From the NCBI GenBank assembly GCA_963839985.1, contig CAWIXG010000002.1:58758-122757 (forward strand): 64,000 nucleotides of DNA. Reading direction: 5' to 3'. Source of the stretch: an uncultured Alphaproteobacteria bacterium. Lineage in GTDB: Bacteria > Pseudomonadota > Alphaproteobacteria > Rhizobiales > Xanthobacteraceae. The notes under the pieces are model-generated. The model saw only the letters and a program-made list of their open reading frames with translations, was not told the origin of the DNA and made no database searches. Position numbers and translations under genes: made by a program. Below, piece after piece: positions 10,659 to 20,547 of the stretch. Every line of letters begins with the position of its first letter. The first letter of the stretch is position 1.

Positions 10659-11576
10659 CTACAGCAACACCGCGCCTTTTGCGACCCGCGTGCCGCGCAG
10701 AAAATCCTCGGCCTTCATCGGCTGCTTGCCGGCGCGCTGAACTTCGACAAGCCTGACCGCGCCGTCTCCGCACGCAATCGTGAGCTTGTCGTCCAGCACC
10801 GTCCCGGGTGCGCCGGAGCCTTCACCACGCGTGGTGCGCAGCACCCTCACGCGCCCGCCCGGAACGAAATCGAACCAGGCGCCGGGAAATGGCGACAACC
10901 CACGGCAGTGATCGTGCACCGCCTGCCACGGCTTGCCCCAGTCGACCCGCGTCTCGTTCTTGTCGATCTTGCTGGCATAGACGACGCCCTCGTCCGGCTG
11001 CGCCGTGAATTGCAACGTGCCACGCTCCAACGCGCCGAGCGCGCGCACCATCAGGTCGGCCCCGAGCGGCGCCAGCACGTCATGCAGCTCCCCCGCCGTC
11101 ATATCGGCGCCGAGCGGCACACGTTCGGCCAAGGCGATCGGCCCGGTATCGAGCCCCTCGGCCATGCGCATCACCATCACGCCACTTTCGGCATCGCCCG
11201 CCATCACGGCGCGATTGATCGGCGCCGCGCCGCGCCAGCGCGGCAGCAGCGAGGCGTGCAGGTTGAAGCAGCCGAGCGGCACCGCATCGAGCACCGGCAC
11301 GGGCAGGATCAGCCCGTAGGCGACCACGACCGCGGCATCCGCCTTGTGCGCCTGGAATTCCGCGAGCGCCGCGTCGCCACGCAGCGACTTTGGCGTCAGC
11401 ACCGGAATGCCGAAGCGGCGCGCCTCGCGCTCGACCGGCGTGATTTGCAGGTCCATACCGCGCCCGGCCGGTTTTGCGGCGCGCGTGTAGACCGCCGCGA
11501 CCTCATGCCCGCGTCCGACGATCTCCACCAGCGTCGGCACCGCGAAGTCGGGCGTGCCCATAAAGATCAGACGCAT
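10659..11576 (-). CDS. fmt: methionyl-tRNA formyltransferase
   Basis: [16 protein letters not shown]..., with the [16 protein letters not shown] motif. It lies directly downstream of def. Confidence 0.93.
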   Translation of the reverse strand: MRLIFMGTPDFAVPTLVEIVGRGHEVAAVYTRAAKPAGRGMDLQITPVEREARRFGIPVLTPKSLRGDAALAEFQAHKADAAVVVAYGLILPVPVLDAVPLGCFNLHASLLPRWRGAAPINRAVMAGDAESGVMVMRMAEGLDTGPIALAERVPLGADMTAGELHDVLAPLGADLMVRALGALERGTLQFTAQPDEGVVYASKIDKNETRVDWGKPWQAVHDHCRGLSPFPGAWFDFVPGGRVRVLRTTRGEGSGAPGTVLDDKLTIACGDGAVRLVEVQRAGKQPMKAEDFLRGTRVAKGAVLL

Positions 11577-11580
11577 CAGA

Positions 11581-11649
11581 GCATGATCCCGAAAAAGCCT
11601 GTCCCGGACGTGATCCGGGATCGATACCGGTTTTCGGAAAAGATCATGC
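11581..11649. repeat. intergenic palindromic element between def and fmt
   Basis: Outer inverted repeat GCATGATC (11581-11588) / GATCATGC (11642-11649). Inner hairpin TCCCGGA (11602-11608) / TCCGGGA (11614-11620). It contains CGGTTTTCGGAAAAGATC (11628-11645). A near copy, CGGTTTTCGGACAGGATC, recurs at 25347-25364 in another intergenic gap. Confidence 0.6.
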
Positions 11650-11657
11650 GCCGCTAA

Positions 11658-12173
11658 CTACTCGGTTTCCCGCTTCGCCGCCTTGATGAACTTCTTGATC
11701 AAGCGGTCGCGCTTGAGCTTGGAGATGTGGTCGATGAACAGCACGCCGTTGAGATGATCGATCTCGTGCTGCAGCACGGTCGCGAGCAGGCCGTTCGCCT
11801 CGACCTCCTGCGTCTTGCCGTCGAGGTCCATGTAGCGGACCTTCACCTGTGTGGGCCGCTCGACCTCCTCGTAATATTCCGGGATCGAGAGGCAGCCTTC
11901 CTCGTAGGTGCCCTTCTCCTCCGATGACCACACCACCTCCGGATTGAGGAACACCTGCGGCTTCTTCTCCTCGTCCTTCTTCGCGGTGTCGGCGGTCACG
12001 ATACGCTTCGGCACGCCGATCTGGATCGCCGCCAGACCGACGCCCGGCGCCTCATACATGGTCTCGAACATGTCATCGACCAGCGCGCGCAGTTGCGCGT
12101 CGACGGTTTTCACCGGTTCGGAAACCAGCCGCAGCCGTTTGTCGGGAAGAATGATGATTTCGCGCAGCGCCAT
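11658..12173 (-). CDS. def: peptide deformylase
   Basis: ATG 12173 within ORF 11658..12269. [15 protein letters not shown], with the motifs [17 protein letters not shown] and QHEIDHLNG. Confidence 0.93.
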   Translation of the reverse strand: MALREIIILPDKRLRLVSEPVKTVDAQLRALVDDMFETMYEAPGVGLAAIQIGVPKRIVTADTAKKDEEKKPQVFLNPEVVWSSEEKGTYEEGCLSIPEYYEEVERPTQVKVRYMDLDGKTQEVEANGLLATVLQHEIDHLNGVLFIDHISKLKRDRLIKKFIKAAKRETE

Positions 12174-12265
12174 GCGCGGCGATTTACGAGGCGCGGGAGG
12201 CGCGGTCAACCACGCCAAAACGAAACGGCCGGCGCAAGCGCCGGCCGCCTCCCGGGTTGAAGCTA

Positions 12266-12478
12266 TCAACGACGGTGATGGCGATGGCGGTGATGATGAC
12301 GGTGGCGATGGTGATGGCGACGGTGCCAGCGGCGATGATGCACCTGCTCCGTGGTCGAAACGCTGTCCGCCGCGGTGCCTAGCCCGCCGCCAAGCGCCAA
12401 CGGCGCCGCCGACGCGGAGTCCGGCACCGCGAGTGCGATCGCCGCACCGGCCAACGCCATCAGGATGAACTTACGCAT
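12266..12478 (-). CDS. small secreted protein with C-terminal His/Arg/Trp-only tail
   Basis: 70 aa, with AAGGAGA upstream of the ATG. The signal peptide is [24 protein letters not shown], followed by a short Gly/Ala/Thr linker. The last 24 residues are [24 protein letters not shown]. The tail is encoded by imperfect GGYGAT-type hexanucleotide repeats (12269-12340). Confidence 0.6.
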   Translation of the reverse strand: MRKFILMALAGAAIALAVPDSASAAPLALGGGLGTAADSVSTTEQVHHRRWHRRHHHRHRHHHRHRHHRR

Positions 12479-12635
12479 GCGTTTCTCTCTCCTTGGTTGA
12501 TTCCCCCGCGCCAGGGAGAGAAGGCGCCGTCTGCGGTGAACCCGGTGTGAATGGACACCGGATCCGGTTGCCTGGTATGCCTCTTTTATGTTCCTGTTTC
12601 GTTCCCATTAAGACGAATCGCGCTACAAGGCGGCC

Positions 12636-13820
12636 ATGACCGAAACGTTCCTCATCATCGGCGGCACGGCCGTCAGCGTCGGCGAGGCCCTCACCGGCTT
12701 TGCCTGCGTGGTCCTCGCGCTGCTCGGCGCCATCGCGACCATGCTGGCGCGCTCCTCGCGCGCGCGCGGCGTCGAGGCCGCGCGCCATGACGTGCATGTC
12801 GGGGAACTGGAAGAGCGCATGGCGGAAATCGCCCGCATCCAATCCGATACGGCGGGCCGCGTGCATACGATGGGCGAGGTTCTGTCCGGCCGGCAGGCGG
12901 AACTCGCACGCGCGGTGTCGGAGCGGCTCGATGCCGTGACCCACCGCATCGGCCAGTCGATGCATGCCTCCACGCAGAGCACGATGGAGAACCTGACCAA
13001 GCTGAACGAGCGCCTAGCCGTGATCGACGGCGCGCAGAAGAACATCACCGACCTCGCCTCGCAGGTGACCTCGCTGCGCGAAGTGCTCGCCAACAAGCAG
13101 GCGCGCGGAGCGTTCGGGCAAGGCCGTATGGAGGCGATCGTCCAGGACGCCCTGCCGAAGGGCTCCTACCAGTTCCAGTTCACGCTCTCGAACGGCAAGC
13201 GGCCGGACTGCGCGGTGTTCCTGCCCTCCGACGACCGGCCGCTGATCATCGACGCCAAATTTCCGCTCGAAGCGATCAGCGCTCTGCGCGACGCGCGCAG
13301 CGACGAAGCGCGCAAGCATGCCTCGCAACGGGTTCGCCAGGACGTGACGCGGCATGTAGCCGACATCGCGGAGCGCTATCTGATCCCCGGCGAGACGCAG
13401 GATCTCGCGCTGATGTTCGTGCCGTCGGAATCGGTCTACGCCGAGCTGTATGACGGCTTCGACGACCTGATCCAGAAGGCCTACCGCGTACAGGTCGTCC
13501 TGGTGTCGCCGTCGCTGCTGATGCTGGCGATCCAGGTGATGCAGCAGATCCTGAAGGACGCGCGCATGCGCGAGGCCGCGCATGAAATCCGCACCGAAGT
13601 CGGCCACCTGATGGTCGACCTCGGCCGCCTGCGCGAGCGCGTGCTCAACCTGCAAAAGCATTTCGGACAGGCGAACGAGGATGTGGCGCAGATCCTGATC
13701 TCGGCCGACAAGGTCGCCAAGCGCGGCGGGCGCATCGAGACGCTCGAATTCGGCGACGACGAAGCGCCGGACCGCGTGTTGACGGCGCCGCTCGCGCGGA
13801 AGATGACCGCGGCGGAGTAG
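12636..13820 (+). CDS. rmuC: DNA recombination protein RmuC
   Basis: N-terminal TM helix, a coiled-coil region, and an RmuC-domain C-terminal half (FVPSESVYAE...LVSPSLLMLAIQ). Confidence 0.88.
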   Translation: MTETFLIIGGTAVSVGEALTGFACVVLALLGAIATMLARSSRARGVEAARHDVHVGELEERMAEIARIQSDTAGRVHTMGEVLSGRQAELARAVSERLDAVTHRIGQSMHASTQSTMENLTKLNERLAVIDGAQKNITDLASQVTSLREVLANKQARGAFGQGRMEAIVQDALPKGSYQFQFTLSNGKRPDCAVFLPSDDRPLIIDAKFPLEAISALRDARSDEARKHASQRVRQDVTRHVADIAERYLIPGETQDLALMFVPSESVYAELYDGFDDLIQKAYRVQVVLVSPSLLMLAIQVMQQILKDARMREAAHEIRTEVGHLMVDLGRLRERVLNLQKHFGQANEDVAQILISADKVAKRGGRIETLEFGDDEAPDRVLTAPLARKMTAAE

Positions 13821-13914
13821 CCTGGTGCCGCAACATTGAAGCCGGTTGCCGGGCCGGGCCATGCATAAAAAACGACGGCATTAATCTTGCATTTACCAAG
13901 CCGGTTCTTAAGAT

Positions 13915-14361
13915 TTGCCCGGGGTCTTCGCCGGGGCGAAGGGGCTGAACTTGGATCTGGGCGTTGGAGCTTACCTGCTGCAGGCTGCGCTGGTGTTTGG
14001 GGCGCCGGACAGTCTGGGCACCTACGAGAAGGGACTGTTCTGCGAGTCGGTCGGACTCGTGGAGCGCGTCGCCGAGCTTGCCGAGCGCCGCGCCGATCCG
14101 GTCCGCATCGTCGCGGACATCAACGCCCGGCTCGGCCACACCGCCTGCATCTACGCGCTGAAGCCCGAGGTGCGCACCCGCACGGTACGCTTCGAAAAGA
14201 CCATCGCCGCCAACCACAGCGATTACGCGATCTATCAGGTCCAGATCACCGCGCACGGCATCGCCAAAACCGAGATCGGCGACATCGCGTGGACCTTCTC
14301 GCAGCCGGCGACGATGTACACGCTGCGCGCGGCGGCACCGCCGCGCACGGTGAGTCACTAG
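13915..14361 (+). CDS. hypothetical protein (no recognised family; non-ATG start)
   Basis: 148-codon ORF with strong GC third-position bias and a balanced amino-acid composition (YEKGLFCESVGLVERVAELAERRADPVRIVADINARLGHTACIYALKPEV...). There is no in-frame ATG near the 5' end: TTG 13915 directly follows an in-frame stop, and GTG ~13993 is an alternative start. Confidence 0.5.
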   Translation: MPGVFAGAKGLNLDLGVGAYLLQAALVFGAPDSLGTYEKGLFCESVGLVERVAELAERRADPVRIVADINARLGHTACIYALKPEVRTRTVRFEKTIAANHSDYAIYQVQITAHGIAKTEIGDIAWTFSQPATMYTLRAAAPPRTVSH

Positions 14362-14438
14362 GCCGCACGGCAACAGATTTTGCGCCGATTCACGCGCGTT
14401 CCACGTAGCATCCGGGCGAATCGCCGACGGAGACCCGC

Positions 14439-15806
14439 ATGACCGCCGCGCCGGACGGGCCCCGCGAAGGCGCGGGTTGGGGCGACACGCTCGCGCTCTA
14501 TCTGCATCCGCGCGTGCTGATCGTCATGTTTCTCGGCTTTTCGGCCGGACTGCCGCTCGCGCTCTCGGGCTCGACCCTGCAGGTGTGGGCCGCCGAGAGC
14601 GGCGTCAACCTGAAGACCATCGGGCTCTTCGCCATCGTCGGCACCCCCTACACCATCAAGTTTCTCTGGGCACCGCTGGTCGATGCGCTCGACGTGCCGG
14701 TGCTCTCGCGGGCGCTCGGGCGGCGGCGCGGATGGCTGGTGCTGTCCCAGCTCGCACTGTTCGTCGCCATCTTGCTGCTGTCGCTGTGCAATCCGGGCTC
14801 CGGTCCGCTGCTCGCGATCGTCGCCGCCATTCTGGTCGCGACCGCCTCCGCGACGCAGGATATCGTCATCGATGCGTTTCGCGTCGAAACGCTGCCGGAG
14901 AACGAACAGGCCGCCGGCATGGCCTCGTACGTCGCCGCCTATCGCGTCGCCAATCTGGTTTCGACCGCTGGCGCGCTTTATGTCGTGACCGGCTTCGAGC
15001 AGTTTTTTGACTTCGGCCGCGCCACGGCATGGACCGCGGGCTATGCCGCGATGGCGCTGCTGGTCGCAGTCGGGCTCGTCGCCACGCTGCTTGCAACCGA
15101 GCCGCGGGAGTCCGCCGCCGCCGAGGCGGAGCACGCACGTCATGCGCGCGACAGCAAGCTCACGCGCGTCTTCGTCACGGCGCGCGCCGCATTCACGGAT
15201 TTCCTCTCGCTCAACATGGCGGTCGCGATTCTCGCCTTCGTGGTGCTGTTCAAGTTTACCGATGCGCTCGCCGGCGCGCTGACCGCGGCATTCGTGATCG
15301 ACATCGGCTTCACGCGCATCGACTATGCCAACGTGATCAAGGGGCTCGGTTTCGCCGCCACCCTGCTTGGGGGGTTCGCGGGCGGATACGTGGCGCGCGC
15401 CTTCCCGCTGGCGACCAGCCTGTGGATCGGCGGCGTCCTTCAGGCCGTCGCCAACTTTGCATTCTCCTGGCAGGCGATCGTCGGCAAGGACATCGCGTGG
15501 CTGTCCTTCGCGATCACGGTCGAGAATTTCACCAGCGCGATCGGCACGGTCATCTTCGTCGGCTACCTGTCGGCGCTGTGCCGCAACCCGCTGCACACGG
15601 CGACCCAGTTCGCGCTGTTGACCGCGCTCGCAGCCGTCGGGCGCACCTACCTCTCCGCCGGCGCCGGCTACATCGCAGACGCGACCGGATGGGCCTGGTT
15701 TTTCGCGATCTGTGCGTTCGCGGGCATTCCAGGCCTCGTGCTGCTCGCCTGGCTGCAGACACGCGGCCATTTCGCGCAGCTGGCCGCGAAGAAGGATCCG
15801 GCCTAA
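14439..15806 (+). CDS. ampG: AmpG-family muropeptide MFS transporter
   Basis: [51 protein letters not shown] matches the AmpG N-terminal signature. About 12-14 TM helices. Confidence 0.88.
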   Translation: MTAAPDGPREGAGWGDTLALYLHPRVLIVMFLGFSAGLPLALSGSTLQVWAAESGVNLKTIGLFAIVGTPYTIKFLWAPLVDALDVPVLSRALGRRRGWLVLSQLALFVAILLLSLCNPGSGPLLAIVAAILVATASATQDIVIDAFRVETLPENEQAAGMASYVAAYRVANLVSTAGALYVVTGFEQFFDFGRATAWTAGYAAMALLVAVGLVATLLATEPRESAAAEAEHARHARDSKLTRVFVTARAAFTDFLSLNMAVAILAFVVLFKFTDALAGALTAAFVIDIGFTRIDYANVIKGLGFAATLLGGFAGGYVARAFPLATSLWIGGVLQAVANFAFSWQAIVGKDIAWLSFAITVENFTSAIGTVIFVGYLSALCRNPLHTATQFALLTALAAVGRTYLSAGAGYIADATGWAWFFAICAFAGIPGLVLLAWLQTRGHFAQLAAKKDPA

Positions 15807-16405
15807 AACGCCGTGCGCTGCCGGATCGCGGCCGACAGCGTGCCCTCGTCGAGATAGTCGAGCTCGCCGCCGACCGGCACGCCATGCGCGAGCCGCGTGA
15901 CCTTCACGTTGGCGTCGCGCAGCAGGTCGGTGATGTAGTGCGCGGTGGTCTGCCCGTCGACCGTCGCGTTGAGCGCGAGGATGAGCTCGGTCACCGCCGG
16001 ATCGTACGCGCGCGAGATCAGCGCATCGATGGTGAGGTCGGTCGGCCCGATGCCGTCGAGCGGCGAGAGTGTGCCGCCGAGCACGTGATAGCGCGCGCTG
16101 ATCGCACCGGCCCGCTCCAGCGCCCACAGGTCCGCGACATCCGCCACCACGACGATCACGGATGCATCGCGGCGCGGATCGACGCACACCGTGCACGGGT
16201 TTTGCGTATCGATGTTGCCGCAGGTGGCGCATACCACGATCTTCTCCATCGCAGTCTGCAGCGCGCTCGCGAGCGGCGCCATCAAGGGCTCGCGCTTCTT
16301 GATCAGGTGCAGCGCGGCGCGGCGCGCCGAGCGCGGTCCGAGCCCGGGCAAGCGTGCGAGCAACTGGATCAGGCGCTCGATTTCGGGTCCGGCGACGGCG
16401 GGCAT
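15803..16405 (-). CDS. recR: recombination protein RecR
   Basis: [26 protein letters not shown] (HhH), a C4 zinc finger (CATCGN...CTVC), and a Toprim domain. Confidence 0.93.
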   Translation of the reverse strand: MPAVAGPEIERLIQLLARLPGLGPRSARRAALHLIKKREPLMAPLASALQTAMEKIVVCATCGNIDTQNPCTVCVDPRRDASVIVVVADVADLWALERAGAISARYHVLGGTLSPLDGIGPTDLTIDALISRAYDPAVTELILALNATVDGQTTAHYITDLLRDANVKVTRLAHGVPVGGELDYLDEGTLSAAIRQRTAF

Positions 16406-16409
16406 GCTG

Positions 16410-16730
16410 CTAGAACAACTTCATGCCCGGAGGGATCGGCAGCCCGCCGGCCAAATCCCTCATCTTCTCGGCCAGCAGCGCCTCCCCTTTTCGGCGTGCA
16501 TCGGCATGCGCCGCGACGAGCAGGTCCTCGAGGATTTCCTTCTCCTCCGGCTTCGCCAGCGAGGGATCGATGCGTACGCCCCTCATCTCGCCCTTGGCGG
16601 TAAGCGTCATGGTGACGAGCCCGCCGCCGGACGCGCCCTCGACCGTGATCTGGTCGAGCTCGGCCTGCATCTCCTCCATCTTCGCCTTGAGCTGCGTCGC
16701 CTGCTTCATCAGGCCGAGGAAATCCGCCAT
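16410..16730 (-). CDS. ybaB: YbaB/EbfC-family nucleoid-associated protein
   Basis: 106 aa. [36 protein letters not shown]...; it lies between dnaX and recR, the conserved order. Confidence 0.9.
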   Translation of the reverse strand: MADFLGLMKQATQLKAKMEEMQAELDQITVEGASGGGLVTMTLTAKGEMRGVRIDPSLAKPEEKEILEDLLVAAHADARRKGEALLAEKMRDLAGGLPIPPGMKLF

Positions 16731-16732
16731 CG

Positions 16733-18553
16733 CTACTCCTTGTCGTCGTCGTCAGCACCGTAGTCGTCCGGCGACGCGAGCGGCACGTCGTCCGAGGGCG
16801 GCGCGCCAAAATCCTCCCGCCGCGTGACGCCGATGATTTCGGCACCGGGAAAGCGCGTAAGCACCGCCTGCACCAGCGGATCCTCGCGCACGCCCTGCTC
16901 CAGCGCGCTCTGGTTCGCCTGCGCCTGCGCGTTCACGGTCGGCGCGCCCTCTTCGCGCGAGACCACGACGACCCAGCGGCGTCCGGTCCACTCCGAGAGC
17001 TTGCGCTGCAGGTCGGTCACCAGCGTCTTGCGCGCGGAAGGCTCGAGCGCGATCTCGAGCTGGCCATCCTCGATACGCACCAGGCGCACGTCGCGCTCCA
17101 GCGCGGTCTTCATCAGGATGTCGCGCTTCTCGACCGCGAGCGCGATCAGCGCCGGAAAACTCGCCACCTTCAGCGTCGCCGGTGCGGGGGTGCCGGCGCG
17201 CAGGCTGGCGATATCAGGCAGCTGCGCGCTGACCAGTTGCGCCGGCGCCAGCGACGCGCGCGGTGCCCCGCGCGGCGGATCGAACCGCGGCGCCGGGCCT
17301 CCGCGCGCCGCACCTCCACCGCCGCCCGGCGCGGGCGGTGCTGTTCCGCCGCCGCCCTGGATCTCGCGCACCACTTCATCCGGGGTCGGCAGGTCTGCCG
17401 CGTAGGCGATACGCACCAGCACCATCTCGGCCGCCGCAAGCGGCTTGCCGGCGTCCTTCATTTCGGTGAGGCCCTTGAACAGCATCTGCCACGCGCGCGA
17501 CAGCACGCGCATCGAGAGCTGCGCGGCAAACGCGCGCCCGCGCGTGCGCTCCGCCTCGGCGAGCGACAGATCGTCAGCGACGGAAGGCACGATCTTCACG
17601 CGTGTGACGAAATTGGTGAACTCGGCAAGGTCGCTCAATACCACGGCCGGGTCGGCGCCCGAATTGTACTGATCACGCAGTTCGCCGAGCGCCTTCGCCA
17701 TGTCGCCGCGCATCAGCGCCTCGAACAGGTCGATCACCCGTGTGCGGTCGGCGAGGCCGAGCATCTGGCGGATGTCTTCGGCGCGCACCGCGCCGGCCGC
17801 ATGCGCGATCGCCTGGTCCATCAGCGAGAGCGCGTCGCGCACCGAGCCTTCCGCCGCGCGCGCGATCAGCGCGAGCGCTTCCGGCTCGGCCGTGATGCTC
17901 TCCTTGGCGCAGATCGCGCCGAGATGCGTCACCAGCGCCGCTGCGTCGACCCGGCGCAGGTCGAAGCGCTGGCAGCGCGACAGCACCGTGATCGGCACCT
18001 TGCGGATCTCGGTGGTGGCGAACACGAACTTCACATGCGGCGGCGGCTCTTCCAGCGTCTTCAACAGCGCGTTGAACGCCGCGCCCGAGAGCATGTGCAC
18101 CTCGTCGAGGATGTAGACTTTGTAGCGCGCCGATACCGGCGAATAACGCACCGCTTCATTGATCTGGCGCACGTCATCGACGCCGTTGTGCGAGGCGGCG
18201 TCCATCTCGATGATGTCGACGTGCCGGCTTTCCATGATCGACTGGCAGTGCACGCCGAGCACGGGCATGTGGATGGTCGGGCCGGTCACCGAGCCGTCGG
18301 GTAATTCGTAGTTCAGCGCACGTGCGAGAATGCGCGCAGTCGTGGTTTTTCCGACGCCGCGCACGCCGGTCAGGACCCACGCCTGCGGGATGCGCCCGGT
18401 CTCGAACGCGTTCGAGATCGTGCGCACCATCGCTTCCTGGCCGATCAGGTCGGCGAATGTCGCGGGACGGTATTTGCGCGCCAGCACGCGGTAAGACGCG
18501 GAGCCCGAGGCGGCCGCGCCGATATCCAGTCCGGGGCTCGTGGCGTCGTTCAT
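16733..18553 (-). CDS. dnaX: DNA polymerase III subunits gamma/tau
   Basis: YRVLARKYRPATFADLIGQE, Walker A GVRGVGKTTTARI, Walker B YILDEVHMLS, and a Pro/Gly-rich linker before the tau C-terminus. Confidence 0.93.
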   Translation of the reverse strand: MNDATSPGLDIGAAASGSASYRVLARKYRPATFADLIGQEAMVRTISNAFETGRIPQAWVLTGVRGVGKTTTARILARALNYELPDGSVTGPTIHMPVLGVHCQSIMESRHVDIIEMDAASHNGVDDVRQINEAVRYSPVSARYKVYILDEVHMLSGAAFNALLKTLEEPPPHVKFVFATTEIRKVPITVLSRCQRFDLRRVDAAALVTHLGAICAKESITAEPEALALIARAAEGSVRDALSLMDQAIAHAAGAVRAEDIRQMLGLADRTRVIDLFEALMRGDMAKALGELRDQYNSGADPAVVLSDLAEFTNFVTRVKIVPSVADDLSLAEAERTRGRAFAAQLSMRVLSRAWQMLFKGLTEMKDAGKPLAAAEMVLVRIAYAADLPTPDEVVREIQGGGGTAPPAPGGGGGAARGGPAPRFDPPRGAPRASLAPAQLVSAQLPDIASLRAGTPAPATLKVASFPALIALAVEKRDILMKTALERDVRLVRIEDGQLEIALEPSARKTLVTDLQRKLSEWTGRRWVVVVSREEGAPTVNAQAQANQSALEQGVREDPLVQAVLTRFPGAEIIGVTRREDFGAPPSDDVPLASPDDYGADDDDKE

Positions 18554-18606
18554 CCTGACCTGGCGGGCCCCAGCCTGACGAAATCCGAGCGGCGTAAGCT
18601 GAAAGA

Positions 18607-18704
18607 GTGGGAGGCTGACGAGCGACCCGAGTCGTAGCTCGTTAGGGCTGCTTCCTTCCGGACCTGACCCGGTTGGCGAGTGGCTCGTCCACCGCCAACC
18701 TCCC
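18607..18704 (-). ncRNA. ffs: signal recognition particle RNA (small/4.5S type)
   Basis: The minus strand carries the invariant domain IV core GGUCAGGUCCGGAAGGAAGCAGCC (complement of 18646-18669). It is closed by a terminal helix GGGAGG (18704-18699) / CCUCCC (18614-18609). It ends ~50 nt upstream of the dnaX start, a common ffs-dnaX arrangement. Confidence 0.85.
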
Positions 18705-18796
18705 GCGCCCTATATCGGGCGAACAAAGCAGGAATGCAAGCGCCGCGCGGCTGCGTCGTGCTACCTTTCCCCGACATTGATTTCGCGGACAAATTC

Positions 18797-19213
18797 ATGG
18801 CCGACATTTGGACGCTGCACCCGCAACTCGAGCGCGACACCGCGAGCATCGGCGATCTGCCGCTGTCGCGCGTGCTGATCATCAACGACGCGAACTACCC
18901 CTGGCTGCTGCTGGTTCCGCGCCGCGCCAACATCGTCGAGGTGATCGATCTCGACGAGGTCGCACAGGCGCAATTGATGACCGAGGTGACGCGCGTCGCG
19001 CGCGCGTTGCGCGCCGTCACCAACTGCGACAAGCTCAACATCGCGGCGCTCGGCAACGTCGTGCCGCAACTCCACGTTCACGTCATCGCGCGCTTCCGCA
19101 GCGATGCCGCCTGGCCAAAGCCGGTGTGGGGCGTGAGCCCGCCGCGCCCTTACGAGCGCGAGGAATTGCACAACTTCGGCCAGCCGCTGCGCAAGAAGAT
19201 CTGGCTCGACTGA
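18797..19213 (+). CDS. HIT-family protein
   Basis: ATG 18797 within ORF 18680..19213. The histidine triad is VPQLHVHVIARF. Confidence 0.85.
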   Translation: MADIWTLHPQLERDTASIGDLPLSRVLIINDANYPWLLLVPRRANIVEVIDLDEVAQAQLMTEVTRVARALRAVTNCDKLNIAALGNVVPQLHVHVIARFRSDAAWPKPVWGVSPPRPYEREELHNFGQPLRKKIWLD

Positions 19214-20390
19214 TCAGCCGCCGCCGATCGCGTTGATGAACTTGTCACGGAACGAGAAGGCCTTCTTTGCCGGCGGGTCGCCCGGCTTCACCTCGTCGTC
19301 CTTCCATTGAAGGCCCGCTTCCAGCGACGACAGGGCTAAGATGTTGGCGTCGGCAACGCCGTCCTTGAGCACCGCGCTCTTATAGGCGCTGCCCGCCGCG
19401 CCGGCGGTGCCCTTGATCCGCGCCGTGACGCTGCCATGAAGCTTCTCGAACGCGTCTCTGCGATTTGCGTCGAACGGGGTCCTGCGTTCTTCGCCGAGCT
19501 TCTTCCAGACACCCTCGAATGAACTCGTGAAGCTGGCCGAAGGCCCATTTCCCCGACACATCCCGCCGCGACTTCAGATATTCGAAGTCGAGGGCAAGAT
19601 ACGGTGAGACTTCGCTCGCCATCCAGGCCAGCGAAATGTCCGACATGCCGTGTTCGGCATATCCGCCGCCGACGTCGGAGTGTACGCCCGCAAACCAGAC
19701 CTGCTTCAGTTCCTGCCCTCGCGCCTTTCCCTCGGGGGTCTGCGTCCAAAGGGTGGGCACAAAGTTTTTCCGCCGCTCGTCCAGCGCCAGGGCGTGGAAG
19801 GCGTGCTCGACATACTGGCCGAGGTCCGTGTTGTGAAATCCGTAGTACCGTTTGAAGAAGAAATCGACCTTCTGCAAATCCTCCGGAATGCCGACCGATC
19901 CGACCGTGTCCCACACGCCAATGCACTTGATTGGGACGTTCTGATATCGCTTCGCGAACGTGTTGAGCGCGTCGGGTTTCCTGTCCTTGAATGCGTTCCA
20001 CAGTTCAAAAAACCGGTCGAGGTCCTGCTTGCCGATCAAGCCCGCAAAGCCGATCAGGCCGCCGACACTGCGCGCCGTATAGGCACCGCGCGAGAAGCCG
20101 AACAGGAAAATCTCATCGCCCTCGCAATAGTTGTGGCAGATGAAATTGTAGGCATCGCGCACGTTGTGCGCCAGGCCGATACCCAACGCGGCACCGGCAA
20201 CCTTGCTGGCGAAGGTGCCTTCGGTGCCGACGCCAGATTGATAGAATACGATCTGCGCAACATCTTTATTGTCGCGCTTGTCGGTGGGCTGGATCGCCCA
20301 CGCCAGCCGCGACACGTTCGTGTATCCGGTGCCATTGTCCGAGTCGTTCCAGGTCCCGTCGCAGCACACCACAAGCCGCTTCATCGCCAT
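19214..20390 (-). pseudogene. DUF2235 (Tle1-like alpha/beta hydrolase) gene with apparent 1-nt frameshift near 19510-19530
   Basis: ATG 20390 follows GGAGG. MAMKRLVVCCDGTWND..., nucleophile elbow GFSRGAYTARS, and GVHSDVGGGY are DUF2235 hallmarks. After ...GKWAFGQLHEF the frame becomes Arg-rich noise. ORF 19214..19561 in the adjacent frame continues with protein-like sequence (FEGVWKKLGEERRTPFDANRRDAFEKLHG...). Confidence 0.7.
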
Positions 20391-20547
20391 CCTCGCCTCC
20401 CATTGCCCGTTAATTCTCCACTCTATCGCAGGTAGATTCGGTCGCAAAGGAACCGCCCCCATCCGGGCGATTTCATGGCCCGCGCACAGCGTTGCTTCAG
20501 GCCTGCGCGCATGCGATTTTGCCGCCCCGCCCAGCCGGAGTTTCCCG

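Noticed and set aside
11908-12468. Plus-strand ORF with an Asp/Gly repeat ([19 protein letters not shown]) opposite the His/Arg-tail gene.
   Set aside because: It is the mirror translation of the same hexanucleotide repeat. It overlaps def in antisense, lacks a signal or a sensible start context, and the rest of the ORF is Ser/Arg/Pro-rich noise. The minus-strand ORF has an SD and a signal peptide.
13645-14373. 242-aa minus-strand ORF opposite the hypothetical gene at 13915..14361.
   Set aside because: It overlaps the 3' end of rmuC in antisense and is Arg/Ala/Pro-rich. The plus frame has better third-position GC bias and a natural composition.
16733-18553. Programmed -1 frameshift site in dnaX (an A-AAA-AAG type heptamer, as in E. 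coli gamma/tau).
   Set aside because: I did not notice such a slippery heptamer on the coding strand. Alphaproteobacteria are not known to use this mechanism.
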